DNA of 64,000 bases from contig CAUZHS010000001.1 of the NCBI GenBank assembly GCA_963579845.1, forward strand, positions 71,592 through 135,591, written 5' to 3'. The notes below the pieces were generated by a model. It ran no database searches and was not told the origin of the DNA. It saw only the letters and a program-made list of their open reading frames with translations. Origin of the DNA: Dehalococcoidia bacterium (GTDB lineage Bacteria; Chloroflexota; Dehalococcoidia; Lucifugimonadales; Australimonadaceae). Below, in pieces: positions 29,351 to 40,776 of this stretch (within the stretch, counting starts at the first letter, position 1; the number at the start of each line of letters is the position of its first letter). The translations under genes and the position numbers were made by a program.

Positions 29351-29610
29351 GCGCCCCACGAGCCCTCAAGCCCTACTCGCCGGTGTAAAACTCCGTGTCC
29401 GGGTGGAATTGGCCCACGCCCAATCAAAGATGGTACTGGAGCCTGCCGTCCAACCATGTGAATTCCAATACCTGTCCCTTCTGCCTCCAAATGATGGAAG
29501 ATGGCATCAGCACCAAGGGGACCCAAAGCACTCGGCCCAAGGATTCCCCGGAACTCTTATCCGAGAGCCTTGACCCAAAGCAAGACGACGCCTAGCATAA
29601 CCTCCTGATT

Positions 29611-30072
29611 ATGGACGACTATTCTCGGCAATACGGTCTTATCCTTCTACTCGCCCTCGTGGCGGTAACCATCCCCGCCACCCTCCTGTTTACATCGTGG
29701 CTTTTTTCTAAGATACGCGTCCGCCCTCGGAAGCCCAACCCCATCAAGTACGACACCTACGAGAGCGGCATGGAGACCATCGGCGGCCGCTGGGAGCGCT
29801 TCAACGTCCGCTACTACAAATACGCGCTGCTCTTCGTCGTGTTCGACGTGGAGGTGGTCTTCCTCTTTCCATGGGCCACCCGGGTCAACGCCTTGGGCTG
29901 GGGCGGCTTCGGCGCCGTGGCCGTCTTTCTCTTCATCCTCACCGTCGGATTTGCCTACGAGTGGCGACGGGGCGGGTTAGAGTGGGAGGAGAGCGGTCAA
30001 CAACCCCATGAACCCACACATAGCTCGAAAACCACCTCCAAAGAAACCGGTGAGACCACCCAGACAGCCTAG
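29611..30072 (+). CDS. nuoA: NADH-quinone oxidoreductase subunit A, with a hydrophilic C-terminal tail
   Basis: Motif YESGMETIGGRWERFNVRYYKYALLFVVFDVEVVFLFPWA. Three TM helices and a roughly 30-aa polar tail. No nuoB-N follows. Confidence 0.85.
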   Translation: MDDYSRQYGLILLLALVAVTIPATLLFTSWLFSKIRVRPRKPNPIKYDTYESGMETIGGRWERFNVRYYKYALLFVVFDVEVVFLFPWATRVNALGWGGFGAVAVFLFILTVGFAYEWRRGGLEWEESGQQPHEPTHSSKTTSKETGETTQTA

Positions 30073-30117
30073 GCTGCTCCCTCTTCTCTTTACACAGCGG
30101 CCAGCGCCACCGCCCCC

Positions 30118-30146
30118 TTGACAGCCTTACCCCTGGTTAATAACAT
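30118..30146 (+). promoter_or_regulatory. Candidate sigma70 promoter of groES-groEL
   Basis: TTGACA (30118..30123), a 17-nt spacer, then TAACAT (30141..30146). It lies immediately upstream of CIRCE. Confidence 0.5.
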
Positions 30147-30156
30147 CTCTATGAGA

Positions 30157-30183
30157 TTAGCAGTCTGGCGCGGTGAGTGCTAA
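30157..30183 (+). promoter_or_regulatory. CIRCE operator (HrcA binding site)
   Basis: TTAGCAGTC-TGGCGCGGT-GAGTGCTAA, compared with the consensus TTAGCACTC-N9-GAGTGCTAA. One mismatch. Confidence 0.9.
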
Positions 30184-30255
30184 TCGTCCGCCGGTGTTTT
30201 CACCCCCCTCTCTACCAACGTTAGACAGACGAATACGACGAATTAGGAGGTACGT

Positions 30256-30552
30256 ATGGCACGAAAATTCCACCCCATGGGCGACCGAGTAATCCTCAAG
30301 GCCGCCGAGGGAGAGGAGCAGACCAAAAGCGGCATTTACATTCCCGACACGGCCAAAGAGAAACCCAATGAGGGGACCATCATCGCCGTGGGGCCCGGCC
30401 GCACGACACCCGAAGGAAAGCTCCTTCCCCTGGACATCAAAGTAGGCGACACCGTCATCTACTCCAAGTTCTCCGGCGTGGAATACACCGAAGACGGAGA
30501 AGACTATCTGATCCTGTCGGCTGACCGGGACATCCTGGCCAAGATTGGCTAA
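30256..30552 (+). CDS. groES: Co-chaperonin GroES
   Basis: 98 aa with PMGDRVILK...GIYIPDTAKEKP. Confidence 0.95.
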   Translation: MARKFHPMGDRVILKAAEGEEQTKSGIYIPDTAKEKPNEGTIIAVGPGRTTPEGKLLPLDIKVGDTVIYSKFSGVEYTEDGEDYLILSADRDILAKIG

Positions 30553-30586
30553 CCCATCGGCACACCGTTCGGCACGCAGGACGTAA

Positions 30587-32233
<1,647 letters not shown>

Positions 32234-32239
32234 CCCAGC

Positions 32240-32300
32240 TAGCTACTCATAAAAAGGGGGGGTCCGACTAGCCGGGCCCCCCTTTTTTTATGAGTAGCTA
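32240..32300. terminator. Long bidirectional intrinsic terminator between groEL(+) and the M16 peptidase(-)
   Basis: TAGCTACTCATAAAAAGGGGGGG-(13 nt)-GCCCCCCTTTTTTTATGAGTAGCTA. Confidence 0.85.
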
Positions 32301-32310
32301 ACCCTGCCCC

Positions 32311-33576
32311 CTACACAGATGCTAATTGCTTTTCGAACCGCCGGGTAGAGCGATAGGGCCCCACCACCGCCATCCTGAACGCATCGGGCACCAGGAACCG
32401 CTCCGCCGCTTGCCTCACCTGTTCCACCGTCACGCTCCTCACCCCTTCGGCCACCTCATCGGGGGTCTTTACCCGATCCAGCAGCATCTCTTGAGCGCCC
32501 ATAGAGGACATCACCGCTCTCGTATCCTCCATGCGAAGCAGCAACCGGCCCGTGGCGAACTGGGCTGCGCGACGAAGCTCCTCTTCCACCACACCCTTCC
32601 TCCGGAGCCGGTCCAGCTCGCCGAGAATTGCTGAAAGGGCGTTGTCCACTTTTGTGGGGTCTGTTCCACAGTAGAGCACCACCGCACCGGTGTCTCGGTA
32701 GTGCATGGACGAGCTGTGCACGTCATAGGCAAGTCCCTGCCGTTCCCGCACCTCCATGAACAGGCGTGAGGTCATGCCCTCGCCCAAAATTGTATTCAAT
32801 AGATCCAGGGCATATCGCCTCTCATCGTTGTTCGATACGCCTGGAAAGGCCAGACACAGGTGGGCCTGGTCCGTCTTGCGCCATTCCAAGGAGATCTTCG
32901 GGCCAGAAGCCTCCTTCACGCGAAACCAGTCGAGAGGTGAACCCGGGTGGAGAGCGCCCATATGCTCCTGCACCGCATCCACCACCGTTTGATGCGAAAC
33001 GTTGCCCGCCACCGCCACCACAATGTTGTTGGCCACATACTGCTGACGGTAGTAGACGTCCAAGTCCGCCTTACTGATACCGCTGACCGATTCCTTGCTT
33101 CCACCGATGTCTCTGCCCATCGGCTGGCTGGGCCAGATCGTCTCATCCATCAGCTGATCCGCCTTGGCGTCGGGATGGTCGTTGGTCATCGCCAACTCTT
33201 CGAGAATGACCATTCGCTCTTTCTCCACTTCCTTCGGTTGCAAGGTGGAGGAGAGTGCCATGTCGGAAAGAAGATCGATGGCTAGATCAAACTGGTCATG
33301 GGCCACCTTTGTCCAATACACCGTTAGCTCGCGGTCCGTAGCGGCGTTCATAATGCCGCCCACCGATTCGATGGCGCCGCTGATCATGGCAGGCTCCGGA
33401 CGCCGCGTTGTGCCCTTGAACAGCATGTGCTCTAAGAAATGGGATGCGCCCGCCAGGCCATCCACCTCGTAGCGGGACCCGGCCCCGACGAAGATGCCGA
33501 CGGACACTGAGCGGGTATCCGGCATGTTAGCCGTCCATACGCGGACTCCGTTGGACAAAACTGCGCTCTGATACAC
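32311..33576 (-). CDS. M16 family zinc peptidase (pitrilysin/insulinase-like)
   Basis: 421 aa with the inverted zinc motif GASHFLEHMLFKGT (HxxEH). Confidence 0.85.
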   Translation of the reverse strand: MYQSAVLSNGVRVWTANMPDTRSVSVGIFVGAGSRYEVDGLAGASHFLEHMLFKGTTRRPEPAMISGAIESVGGIMNAATDRELTVYWTKVAHDQFDLAIDLLSDMALSSTLQPKEVEKERMVILEELAMTNDHPDAKADQLMDETIWPSQPMGRDIGGSKESVSGISKADLDVYYRQQYVANNIVVAVAGNVSHQTVVDAVQEHMGALHPGSPLDWFRVKEASGPKISLEWRKTDQAHLCLAFPGVSNNDERRYALDLLNTILGEGMTSRLFMEVRERQGLAYDVHSSSMHYRDTGAVVLYCGTDPTKVDNALSAILGELDRLRRKGVVEEELRRAAQFATGRLLLRMEDTRAVMSSMGAQEMLLDRVKTPDEVAEGVRSVTVEQVRQAAERFLVPDAFRMAVVGPYRSTRRFEKQLASV

Positions 33577-33675
33577 AGGACCTCCTCACGCGAAACAATG
33601 TTTAGGAGCTTCAATGGGCGGGAGTAGCTGGAAAAGGCCGAGCTAGGCGCGGTTACGGGCCACCCAAACCATACG

Positions 33676-34113
33676 TTACGTGATCCCACCGCTGGCGGAT
33701 CGGGGAGCACACACAATCTCAAGGCCCAGGATGGTTAATGGGGAGAGCTTCTCGGAGATAACGGAGGCCGCGTTGTTGTCAAAGAATCGCCGCTCCAGTT
33801 CTTTCTCCTCGATGCTGCATTCAGCAAGTTCACCGAGCCAGGGCGCCCAGGGCCGGGATCCCATCCAATGCATTGCTACGGCAGCGTCGCCATGCATGAA
33901 GTACTCCGTGGAGTAGGGGCTGAAGGGCTCCCGTGGGGAATTGAAAGCAGCCAATATTGATACCGAAAGGAAGGGCACGACAGCCACCACCAGCACGATC
34001 AAAAACAGCCGCTTGATTCCCCGTGCCAAGGGGGACGGACGGTTAGTCCCCATATTGATATGGTATTTGACCGCTCGGCCGGGGCCGCTGTCAACGGACG
34101 GATACTTGTTCAT
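33676..34113 (-). CDS. Hypothetical membrane-anchored protein
   Basis: 145 aa with one TM helix (LFLIVLVVAVVPFLSVSILAAF). I recognise no motif. It lies between serS and the M16 peptidase on the same strand. Confidence 0.5.
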   Translation of the reverse strand: MNKYPSVDSGPGRAVKYHINMGTNRPSPLARGIKRLFLIVLVVAVVPFLSVSILAAFNSPREPFSPYSTEYFMHGDAAVAMHWMGSRPWAPWLGELAECSIEEKELERRFFDNNAASVISEKLSPLTILGLEIVCAPRSASGGIT

Positions 34114-34250
34114 CCCTGTAAGCTTACCTCATAACAGATCAGGGAGCGAAAAGAACGCCTGCGGTGCGACGGCTGGCAAACATGGCGTACAGGGCTGCGT
34201 AGGATTCAACCATCTGAGGCACGTCTGGGCTCGCTCTGGGCGATTCCTAA

Positions 34251-35531
34251 TTACACTGGCTCCAGAACGGTCTGGCCCATGTAGGGCTGAAGGACATCGG
34301 GGATGGTCACACTGCCGTCCCGCTGCTGGTAGGTCTCCAAGATGGCAACTATCACCCGGGGCACCGCAAGCCCCGACCCGTTCAGCGTGTGGACAAACTC
34401 TGGCCGCGACCCCATCTCCCTCCGGAACCGGATGTTGGCCCGGCGCGCCTGGAAGTCGGTGCAATTGGAGCAGGAGCTTACCTCCAGCCACTCCTCCGAC
34501 GCCGGCGCCCACATCTCCAAATCGAAACTCATGGCCGACTGAAATCCCAAATCCCCGGCGCAGAGCTGGAGCACCCTATATGGTATATCCAAAGCGCCAC
34601 ACACCTCTTCCGCATGGCCGATAAGCTCTTGCAACGCGGCATCTGAGCGTTCCGGCTCCACTACTTGAAACATTTCCACCTTCTCGAACTGGTGGACCCG
34701 CTTGATGCCACGAACATCGCGACCGCCTGCGGCTTTCTCCCGGCGAAAGCAGGGTGAATGAGCCATGTATTTAATGGGAACAGTGCCTGGGTCGAGTATC
34801 TCGTCGCTGTGGAGGCTGGTCAGTGGCACCTCCGCCGTGGGTATAAGCCACAGGTCATCCTGGTCGTCATGATAGAGGTTATCGCCAAACTTCGGCAGGT
34901 TTCCGCTGGCCACCTGCACCTCGCGGCGGACCAGGTAGGGCACACCCATCTCGGTGTAACCATGCCTTAGACGGTGCATATCCAGCATCCAATTCACCAA
35001 CGCCCGCTGTAAGCGGGCACCTGGCTCGCCAAACACATAGAAGCGGGAACCGGCGAGCTTCGCGCCTCGCTCCATATCAGCTATCCCCAGGCTTTCAGTC
35101 AACTCCCAATGGGGCCGCAGGGGAAAGTCATAGGTGCGAAGAGCACCTTCAGTGCGGACCACCCGATTGCCCGTCTCATCCTCGCCATCGGGCACATCAT
35201 CCAGCGGCAGGTTGGGAATAGTCAGCAACGCATTGCGAAGACGGTCGCCAACGGTCCGTCCCTCCTCCTCTGACCTGCTGATAGCTTCGCCAATCTGGCG
35301 AACCTCGCCCCGGCGGACCTCCGCCGCATCCGGCCCGCCCTGCTTCATCAATTCCCCGATGGCCTTGCTGGCGGCGTTCCGTTCGGCCCGCAGCTCATCC
35401 ACCTCAGCGGTAAGACGACGGTGGTGCGCGTCCGTTTCGAGGATGCCGTCCACCACGTCCTCTTCACCCCGGCGGGCCAGGGACCCTCGAACCAGGTCAG
35501 GCTGACGGCGAAGCAGCTCAATGCTCAGCAT
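34251..35531 (-). CDS. serS: Serine--tRNA ligase
   Basis: 426 aa. N-terminal coiled-coil arm and a class II core (TAEVPLTSLH, FRREKAAGGRDVRGIKRVHQFEKVE). Confidence 0.95.
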   Translation of the reverse strand: MLSIELLRRQPDLVRGSLARRGEEDVVDGILETDAHHRRLTAEVDELRAERNAASKAIGELMKQGGPDAAEVRRGEVRQIGEAISRSEEEGRTVGDRLRNALLTIPNLPLDDVPDGEDETGNRVVRTEGALRTYDFPLRPHWELTESLGIADMERGAKLAGSRFYVFGEPGARLQRALVNWMLDMHRLRHGYTEMGVPYLVRREVQVASGNLPKFGDNLYHDDQDDLWLIPTAEVPLTSLHSDEILDPGTVPIKYMAHSPCFRREKAAGGRDVRGIKRVHQFEKVEMFQVVEPERSDAALQELIGHAEEVCGALDIPYRVLQLCAGDLGFQSAMSFDLEMWAPASEEWLEVSSCSNCTDFQARRANIRFRREMGSRPEFVHTLNGSGLAVPRVIVAILETYQQRDGSVTIPDVLQPYMGQTVLEPV

Positions 35532-37009
35532 CAGCCAATGCTCCTTACCTGAGGGAAGAGGACGACATCCCGGATACTCTTCTGGCCGGTCAGGAGCATC
35601 ACCAGACGGTCCACTCCCATTCCCAACCCGCCAGTGGGCGGCATGCCATGCTCCAAGGCCAGAAGGAAATCTTCATCTGTCCGGTCCAGCTCCTCGCCTT
35701 GGTACCTCTTGCGAAGCTCCTCCTGCTCCTCCAGCCGCCGCCTCTGGACGACTGGGTCGTTCAGCTCGGTAAAGGAGTTGGCAACCTCCATCCCTGCGAC
35801 AAAAGCTTCAAACCGCTCCACATACCGAGGGTCGTCGGTCCGTGCCTTGGCCAGAGGTGACATCTCAACAGGGTAGTCCAGCAGGAAGGTAGGTTGAACC
35901 AAGTGCGGCTCCACCACGGTGCCCACCAGCTTATCAATCAAAAGGCCACGGCTTTCCGCATAGGTCACCGTGATGTTATCGGCGCGCATCCGTTCCGCCA
36001 GCGACTGCGCATCGGGATAGTCGTTCAGGTCTATTCCGGCGTGCTCTTTCACAGCGGCGTGGAGCGACTTCCGACGCCACGGTGGGCTCAGATCGATCTT
36101 TTGGCCTTCGAAGGAGACCTGGAGCGTACCCAGCGTCGATTCGGCAATGGCGCAGACCATCTCCTCGACCATCGTCATCACATCGTTGTAGTCGGCATAG
36201 GCCTCGTAGGTCTCCAGGAGCGTGAACTCTGGGTTGTGGTTCAAGTCGATACCTTCGTTCCGAAAGACCCGGCCCAACTCGTAGACCTTATCTATCCCCC
36301 CCACGATGAGTCGCTTTAGATAGAGTTCGGTGGCCACCCGGAGATACAGCTCCCTGTCCAAGGCATGGTGCCTGGTGACAAAGGGGTTGGCCATGGCACC
36401 CGCAGGCACCGGGACCAGGATGGGCGTCTCCACTTCCAGAAAACCCCGGCTGTCGAGGAACGAGCGCATGGCTGTAATCATGCGGCTGCGCAGCCGCATC
36501 AGCTCCACCACCCCCCGGTTGGCAATCATATCCAGGTACCGCTGACGGTAACGTTGCTCCTGGTCCTGCAAGCCGTGAAACTTCTCAGGTGGCGGACGCA
36601 TGGCCTTTGCCAGCATCGTCAGCTCCCCCACACGCACCGAGACCTCCCCAGCTTTGGTGCGGAAAACCTGACCGCTGGCGCCGACGAAGTCGCCGAGGTC
36701 TAGGCTTTCAAGCAACCCGTAGGACGCTTCCATCGCGCTCTTCTGAAGAAAGAGCTGCATGGTACCCTGCCCGTCTTGAATATCAGCGAAGGAGGCCTTG
36801 CCCATCCGGCGCAAACGAACCATGCGGCCAGCCACCGTGACGAATTGGCCTTCCTGGCCTGCCTGCTCACGCTCCAAGAACGACCGGCCAGCCTCCTGGG
36901 TGTCGTGGGTGCGATGAAATCGAGGCGGAAAAGGATCGACCCCCTGCTGAATGAGTCGGTCCAGCTTCGCCTGCCGGTCGTGAATGAGCCTGTCGCCGCG
37001 TTGCGTCAT
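35531..37009 (-). CDS. lysS: Lysine--tRNA ligase (class II)
   Basis: 492 aa. OB-fold N-domain and class II motifs (FRNEGIDLNHNPEFT, GGLGMGVDRLVMLLTG). Confidence 0.95.
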   Translation of the reverse strand: MTQRGDRLIHDRQAKLDRLIQQGVDPFPPRFHRTHDTQEAGRSFLEREQAGQEGQFVTVAGRMVRLRRMGKASFADIQDGQGTMQLFLQKSAMEASYGLLESLDLGDFVGASGQVFRTKAGEVSVRVGELTMLAKAMRPPPEKFHGLQDQEQRYRQRYLDMIANRGVVELMRLRSRMITAMRSFLDSRGFLEVETPILVPVPAGAMANPFVTRHHALDRELYLRVATELYLKRLIVGGIDKVYELGRVFRNEGIDLNHNPEFTLLETYEAYADYNDVMTMVEEMVCAIAESTLGTLQVSFEGQKIDLSPPWRRKSLHAAVKEHAGIDLNDYPDAQSLAERMRADNITVTYAESRGLLIDKLVGTVVEPHLVQPTFLLDYPVEMSPLAKARTDDPRYVERFEAFVAGMEVANSFTELNDPVVQRRRLEEQEELRKRYQGEELDRTDEDFLLALEHGMPPTGGLGMGVDRLVMLLTGQKSIRDVVLFPQVRSIG

Positions 37010-37079
37010 CTTCGCCTAAAATCCCGCAAGGCCCGGGGGAAAGGCCAGCGCTGGGCCGAACAACCATATCCCGAAGGGT

Positions 37080-37562
37080 CTACTGGACTTTCAGTAACTT
37101 AATCTGCTGGGTGCCGGCAGGCGTGGAAACCCCAACCTCGTCTCCTGCTTTCCTGCCGAGCAGGGCCTTGCCCACGGGTGATTCGTTGGAAATCAGCCCC
37201 CCTGCCGGGTCGGCCTCAATGCTGCCAACGATGGTGTAGGTGTGCGTCTTTTTTGGGGGACCCGTCTCGACTCGGACGGTGGAACCCATCTCCACCACCG
37301 AAGAGGCCTTTGAACTACGCTTGTGGGTGGGAATAATGACCGCATTCTGGACCATCCCGTCAATTTCCTGAATACGGCCTTCCACGTATGCCAATTCGTT
37401 CTTCGCCTCTTCGTAAGCGGCGTTATCCACCGTGCCGCCCATCTCCTTAGCCTGCTGAATCCGGTTGGCTACCTCTTGCCGGCGAACCCTCCGGAGCTTA
37501 GATAGCTCCTCCTCCAACTGATGCAACCCGTCAATCGTCAGGTACGTTGCTTCCTCTACCAT
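37080..37562 (-). CDS. greA: Transcription elongation factor GreA
   Basis: 160 aa. N-terminal coiled coil and C-terminal SNESPVGKALLGRKAGDEV. Confidence 0.93.
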   Translation of the reverse strand: MVEEATYLTIDGLHQLEEELSKLRRVRRQEVANRIQQAKEMGGTVDNAAYEEAKNELAYVEGRIQEIDGMVQNAVIIPTHKRSSKASSVVEMGSTVRVETGPPKKTHTYTIVGSIEADPAGGLISNESPVGKALLGRKAGDEVGVSTPAGTQQIKLLKVQ

Positions 37563-37844
37563 ATGGTCACCTCAGTGGCGGGCACAAATATGCAGGTGTC
37601 ACGGGCAAGAGCTCGGTTGGCGCCTGAACAAGAAAAAACTGAGCGGCGGTTAACAATTCTCTCCTTCGAGACCGGCGGCACTCAGCCGTATCCATTGTAC
37701 ACCGGGTATCCCGAACGCGTAAACCAGCCCGGCCGACCTGGAACTTGCCCGCGCGCATTCGCATGCCACATCTCCCGCCCTCCTAAACCTGAATCCGGCC
37801 CTTGAACGAATGGTTAAACTTCGTTTAGAACAACACTTAAACTA

Positions 37845-37873
37845 TTGACCAGAAATACACGCCTGTGTACTAT
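37845..37873 (+). promoter_or_regulatory. Candidate sigma70 promoter for rsmD-coaD
   Basis: TTGACC (37845..37850), a 17-nt spacer, then TACTAT (37868..37873). Confidence 0.5.
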
Positions 37874-37918
37874 GCTCCAAATGAGCTTACATGGCCTCAC
37901 GGCCTACGGGCTGCGTGA

Positions 37919-38491
37919 ATGCCAGCCATGCGAGTGACGGGCGGGACGGCCCGTGGAGTACCCATCCGAACCCCGTCGCGTCCTGGGGTGCGCCCTACCA
38001 TGGACAGGGTACGCAGCGCCCTTTTCAGCATCCTCGCCCCCATGGGCATGGAGAACGCAGTGGTGGCAGACCTATTCGCCGGGACTGGCTCGCTTGGTAT
38101 TGAGGCGTTGAGCCGCGGCGCCGCCCACGCTGACTTCGTTGAGTCCAACACCCGTCAATGTGCCGACATCCGCGCTAGCCTCCAAGCGACCAAGTTCCTG
38201 GAGCTGGCCACCGTGCATGAGACGACGGTTGAACATTCGCTGCGCATACTGAGCGGTTCCTACGACTTTATTCTTATGGACCCACCCTACACGCAACCTT
38301 TTCCCGTCTCAGTTCTGGAGGAAATCGCTGGTACGGGCCTTCTCGCACCGGACGCCGTATTGGTGGTCGGCCACGCCAGCCGAGTGCCCTCGCCCGAGCG
38401 GTGCGGTTCCCTGGAGCGCTGGCAAGACCGGCGGTACGGTGACTCCTCCTTGGCCTTTTACCATCCGGAATCTCCGGAGAAGACCCTATGA
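37919..38491 (+). CDS. rsmD: 16S rRNA (guanine966-N2)-methyltransferase
   Basis: Motifs DLFAGTGSLGIEALSRGA and ILMDPPY. Confidence 0.88.
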   Translation: MPAMRVTGGTARGVPIRTPSRPGVRPTMDRVRSALFSILAPMGMENAVVADLFAGTGSLGIEALSRGAAHADFVESNTRQCADIRASLQATKFLELATVHETTVEHSLRILSGSYDFILMDPPYTQPFPVSVLEEIAGTGLLAPDAVLVVGHASRVPSPERCGSLERWQDRRYGDSSLAFYHPESPEKTL

Positions 38492-38973
38492 CCACCGTTG
38501 TCTTCCCCGGCAAGTTCGACCCCATCTCCATGGGCCACCTGGACATCATCAAACGCGCCAATCAACTGTTCGACCGGGTGGTCGTTGCCGTCTACGAAAC
38601 GCCGAGCCGTCCCACTCTGTTCAGCACCGATGAGCGCAAAGACCTGATCAGCGCGACCCTAACCGGTATGTCAGGGGTGGAAGTAGACAGCTTCAGCGGG
38701 CTCCTCGTGGACTACGTTCATGCCAAGGGCGCTCAGGCCATGCTCCGCGGACTACGGCTGGGCTCCGATTTCGAATATGAGTTTGAGATGGCTCTGATGA
38801 ACCGCAAGCTGGCCCCTGGAATCGACGTGGTCTGCTTGATTACCAGTATCGAATACCAGTTCGTCCGCTCCAGCCTTCTAAAAGAGGTCGCGGAGCTGGG
38901 CGGAGACATCTCTGGCCTCGCGCCCTCAAACGTGATTACCGCATTGAGTAGACGCCTGAGCACCCGAGCGTGA
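38488..38973 (+). CDS. coaD: Phosphopantetheine adenylyltransferase
   Basis: Motif VFPGKFDPISMGHLDII. It overlaps the rsmD stop by 4 nt. Confidence 0.93.
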   Translation: MTTVVFPGKFDPISMGHLDIIKRANQLFDRVVVAVYETPSRPTLFSTDERKDLISATLTGMSGVEVDSFSGLLVDYVHAKGAQAMLRGLRLGSDFEYEFEMALMNRKLAPGIDVVCLITSIEYQFVRSSLLKEVAELGGDISGLAPSNVITALSRRLSTRA

Positions 38974-39019
38974 ACCCCATCCCATTTGCCACTTATCGTA
39001 TGTGCAGGAGAAGAAACGT

Positions 39020-39553
39020 ATGGAAATTCTCGAACTCATTGAACAGCTAGAGCAGCTCGCTACCTCCTCGAAGAAGGTCCCACTGACCGGCAAGCGCATG
39101 GTACAAGCCGATAGACTCTTGGGACTGGTCGACCAGATGCGCCAGGCTATCCCCAATGACGTCCTGCAAGCGCAGGAACTCGCAGAAAAGCGTGAGGAGA
39201 TTATCACCCAGGCGCTGACCAACGCCAACCGAGTGAAGGCCGCTGCTGAGCAGGAGTCGCGGCTGCGCGTTTCCGAGGGTGAACTGGTCAAGATCGCCAA
39301 ACACCAAAGCGAGGAGATCATCACCGCGGCTGAAGAGCGAGCCCGTACCCTCATGCAGCGTGTCCAGGTGGAATTGGAAAGCCGCCGTACTGGAGCAGAC
39401 CAGTATGCCAACGAGGTGCTCTCCAGCCTTGAGCAAGACCTCAGTACCGTGCTCGAGTCGGTCCGCCGGGGCCTCAGCATTCTGAACCCCACGCCCGTGG
39501 TTCAATCCCCCGCTCCCAAGGCAGAAGAGGCGGCCACGGCCCCAGCGTCCTAG
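39020..39553 (+). CDS. Coiled-coil protein of unknown function (ATP synthase b/E-like heptad pattern)
   Basis: Alpha-helical, Glu/Gln/Arg-rich sequence. ATG at 39020 is preceded by GGAG. The ORF-track GTG at 39002 is an alternative start. Confidence 0.5.
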   Translation: MEILELIEQLEQLATSSKKVPLTGKRMVQADRLLGLVDQMRQAIPNDVLQAQELAEKREEIITQALTNANRVKAAAEQESRLRVSEGELVKIAKHQSEEIITAAEERARTLMQRVQVELESRRTGADQYANEVLSSLEQDLSTVLESVRRGLSILNPTPVVQSPAPKAEEAATAPAS

Positions 39554-39794
39554 GCCAGGGTGAGGGGCACCTCTAGTCCTGCACCCCAAATCGCAATCCT
39601 GGCCTGGTGTGACCTGTTAAAAGCACCCCTGCTATACTCCCCTCCAGGTACCCAGCCAGGTGGAGCGTGCCCGTGGCCGAGGAACTCTTCTACACCGATA
39701 CTTCCCTTAAAGCGTCGAAGGCGACGCTCACCGCCAATAACGGCGTCGTCAGGGCCAACCCCCGCGAGGCCGGCAGCATCCGCATCGCTATCAA

Positions 39795-40721
39795 GTGAGG
39801 GCCGTGGGACTAACTACGACTTCGCCACGGACCGCTTCAAAATACGGAGGTCTCGGCCTGGGTGTCGCCGGGGTCTCGGTTGCCGCAATCCTTATCCGTC
39901 TCGCCGACACCGAACCGCTCACCGTCGCCGCCTACCGCATGGGCATCGCCTCCGTCGTAGTGAGCGGCATAGCCTTAGTCCGCGCCAGGAGCCAATTTCA
40001 AACCATTACCAGGAGCGACCTCCTTTGGTTGCTCTTGAGCGGTGGCTTCCTGGCAGCCCACTTCGCCGCTTTCATCACCGCCCTCAGCCTCACCTCAGTG
40101 GCCAATACCGTCCTCATCACCACCTCTGCGCCCCTTTTCGTCGCCATCGGCTCCCACTGGGGGCTCAGAGACCGGGTCTCCACTACCATGCTCCTCGCGA
40201 TACTTCTCAGTGTTGGCGGCGGTATCATCTTGACTACGGGTGACCTGCGCGACGACAACATCGACGTCACCGGCAACCTGCTGGCCGTGGTCGCAGCCAT
40301 CGCGGTAACCGGCTACTACTTGATAGGTCGCAACGTCCGCGCCCGGGTACCCCTCATGCCTTATATCAGCGTTGTGTACGCCGCATCGGCCGTCCTGCTG
40401 CTGAGCGGGGCAGTAACTGCTGGCTCACCCCTCACCGGCCTCTCAGGGTCAGCCTACTTCTGGATGGCCATGGTGGCGCTCATCTCCCAGGTCATCGGCC
40501 ACTCTGGCCTCAACTGGGCTCTCGCCCACCTGACCGCGACCACCGTTTCTCTGGGGGTTAGGGCAGAACCTATCATCGCCACATTGCTGGCTATCGTTGT
40601 TTTAGATGAAATACCCTCGTGGACTGTGGGACCAGGTGGCGGCATGGTCTTGGCAGGCGTCTACCTTGCCATTCGTTCCGAAACGGTAAAGCCGTATCCA
40701 TCCCAGTCAAGCGCTGTGTGA
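39795..40721 (+). CDS. EamA/DMT family transporter
   Basis: 308 aa with about 10 TM helices in two EamA-like halves. The start codon is uncertain. Confidence 0.75.
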   Translation: MRAVGLTTTSPRTASKYGGLGLGVAGVSVAAILIRLADTEPLTVAAYRMGIASVVVSGIALVRARSQFQTITRSDLLWLLLSGGFLAAHFAAFITALSLTSVANTVLITTSAPLFVAIGSHWGLRDRVSTTMLLAILLSVGGGIILTTGDLRDDNIDVTGNLLAVVAAIAVTGYYLIGRNVRARVPLMPYISVVYAASAVLLLSGAVTAGSPLTGLSGSAYFWMAMVALISQVIGHSGLNWALAHLTATTVSLGVRAEPIIATLLAIVVLDEIPSWTVGPGGGMVLAGVYLAIRSETVKPYPSQSSAV

Positions 40722-40776
40722 AAGAGCCTACCAAGAAGACAAAAACCACTCTCGCGGACGGGGGATACCCCTGATA

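Noticed and set aside
29351-29610. ORFs 29395..29595(+) and 29131..29526(-) in the sucD-nuoA spacer. Also a 13-codon ORF preceded by AGGAGG on the minus strand.
   Set aside because: I recognise no family. The minus ORF mostly overlaps sucD antisense. The AGGAGG is only 2 nt from its ATG, which is too close to function as an SD.
37600-37700. T-run (CTCAGTTTTTT on the minus strand) in the greA leader, which looked like a GraL-type leader terminator.
   Set aside because: The flanking GC-rich segments (GCCGCCGG / CCGCCGC) are direct repeats rather than inverted repeats. Only a 5-bp CTGAG/CTCAG stem can form, so no stable terminator hairpin exists.
39560-40243. 227-aa Pro/Arg/Ser-rich ORF overlapping the EamA transporter start.
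   Set aside because: It is out of frame with a convincing 10-TM transporter, and its composition is typical of off-frame translation of GC-rich membrane-protein genes.
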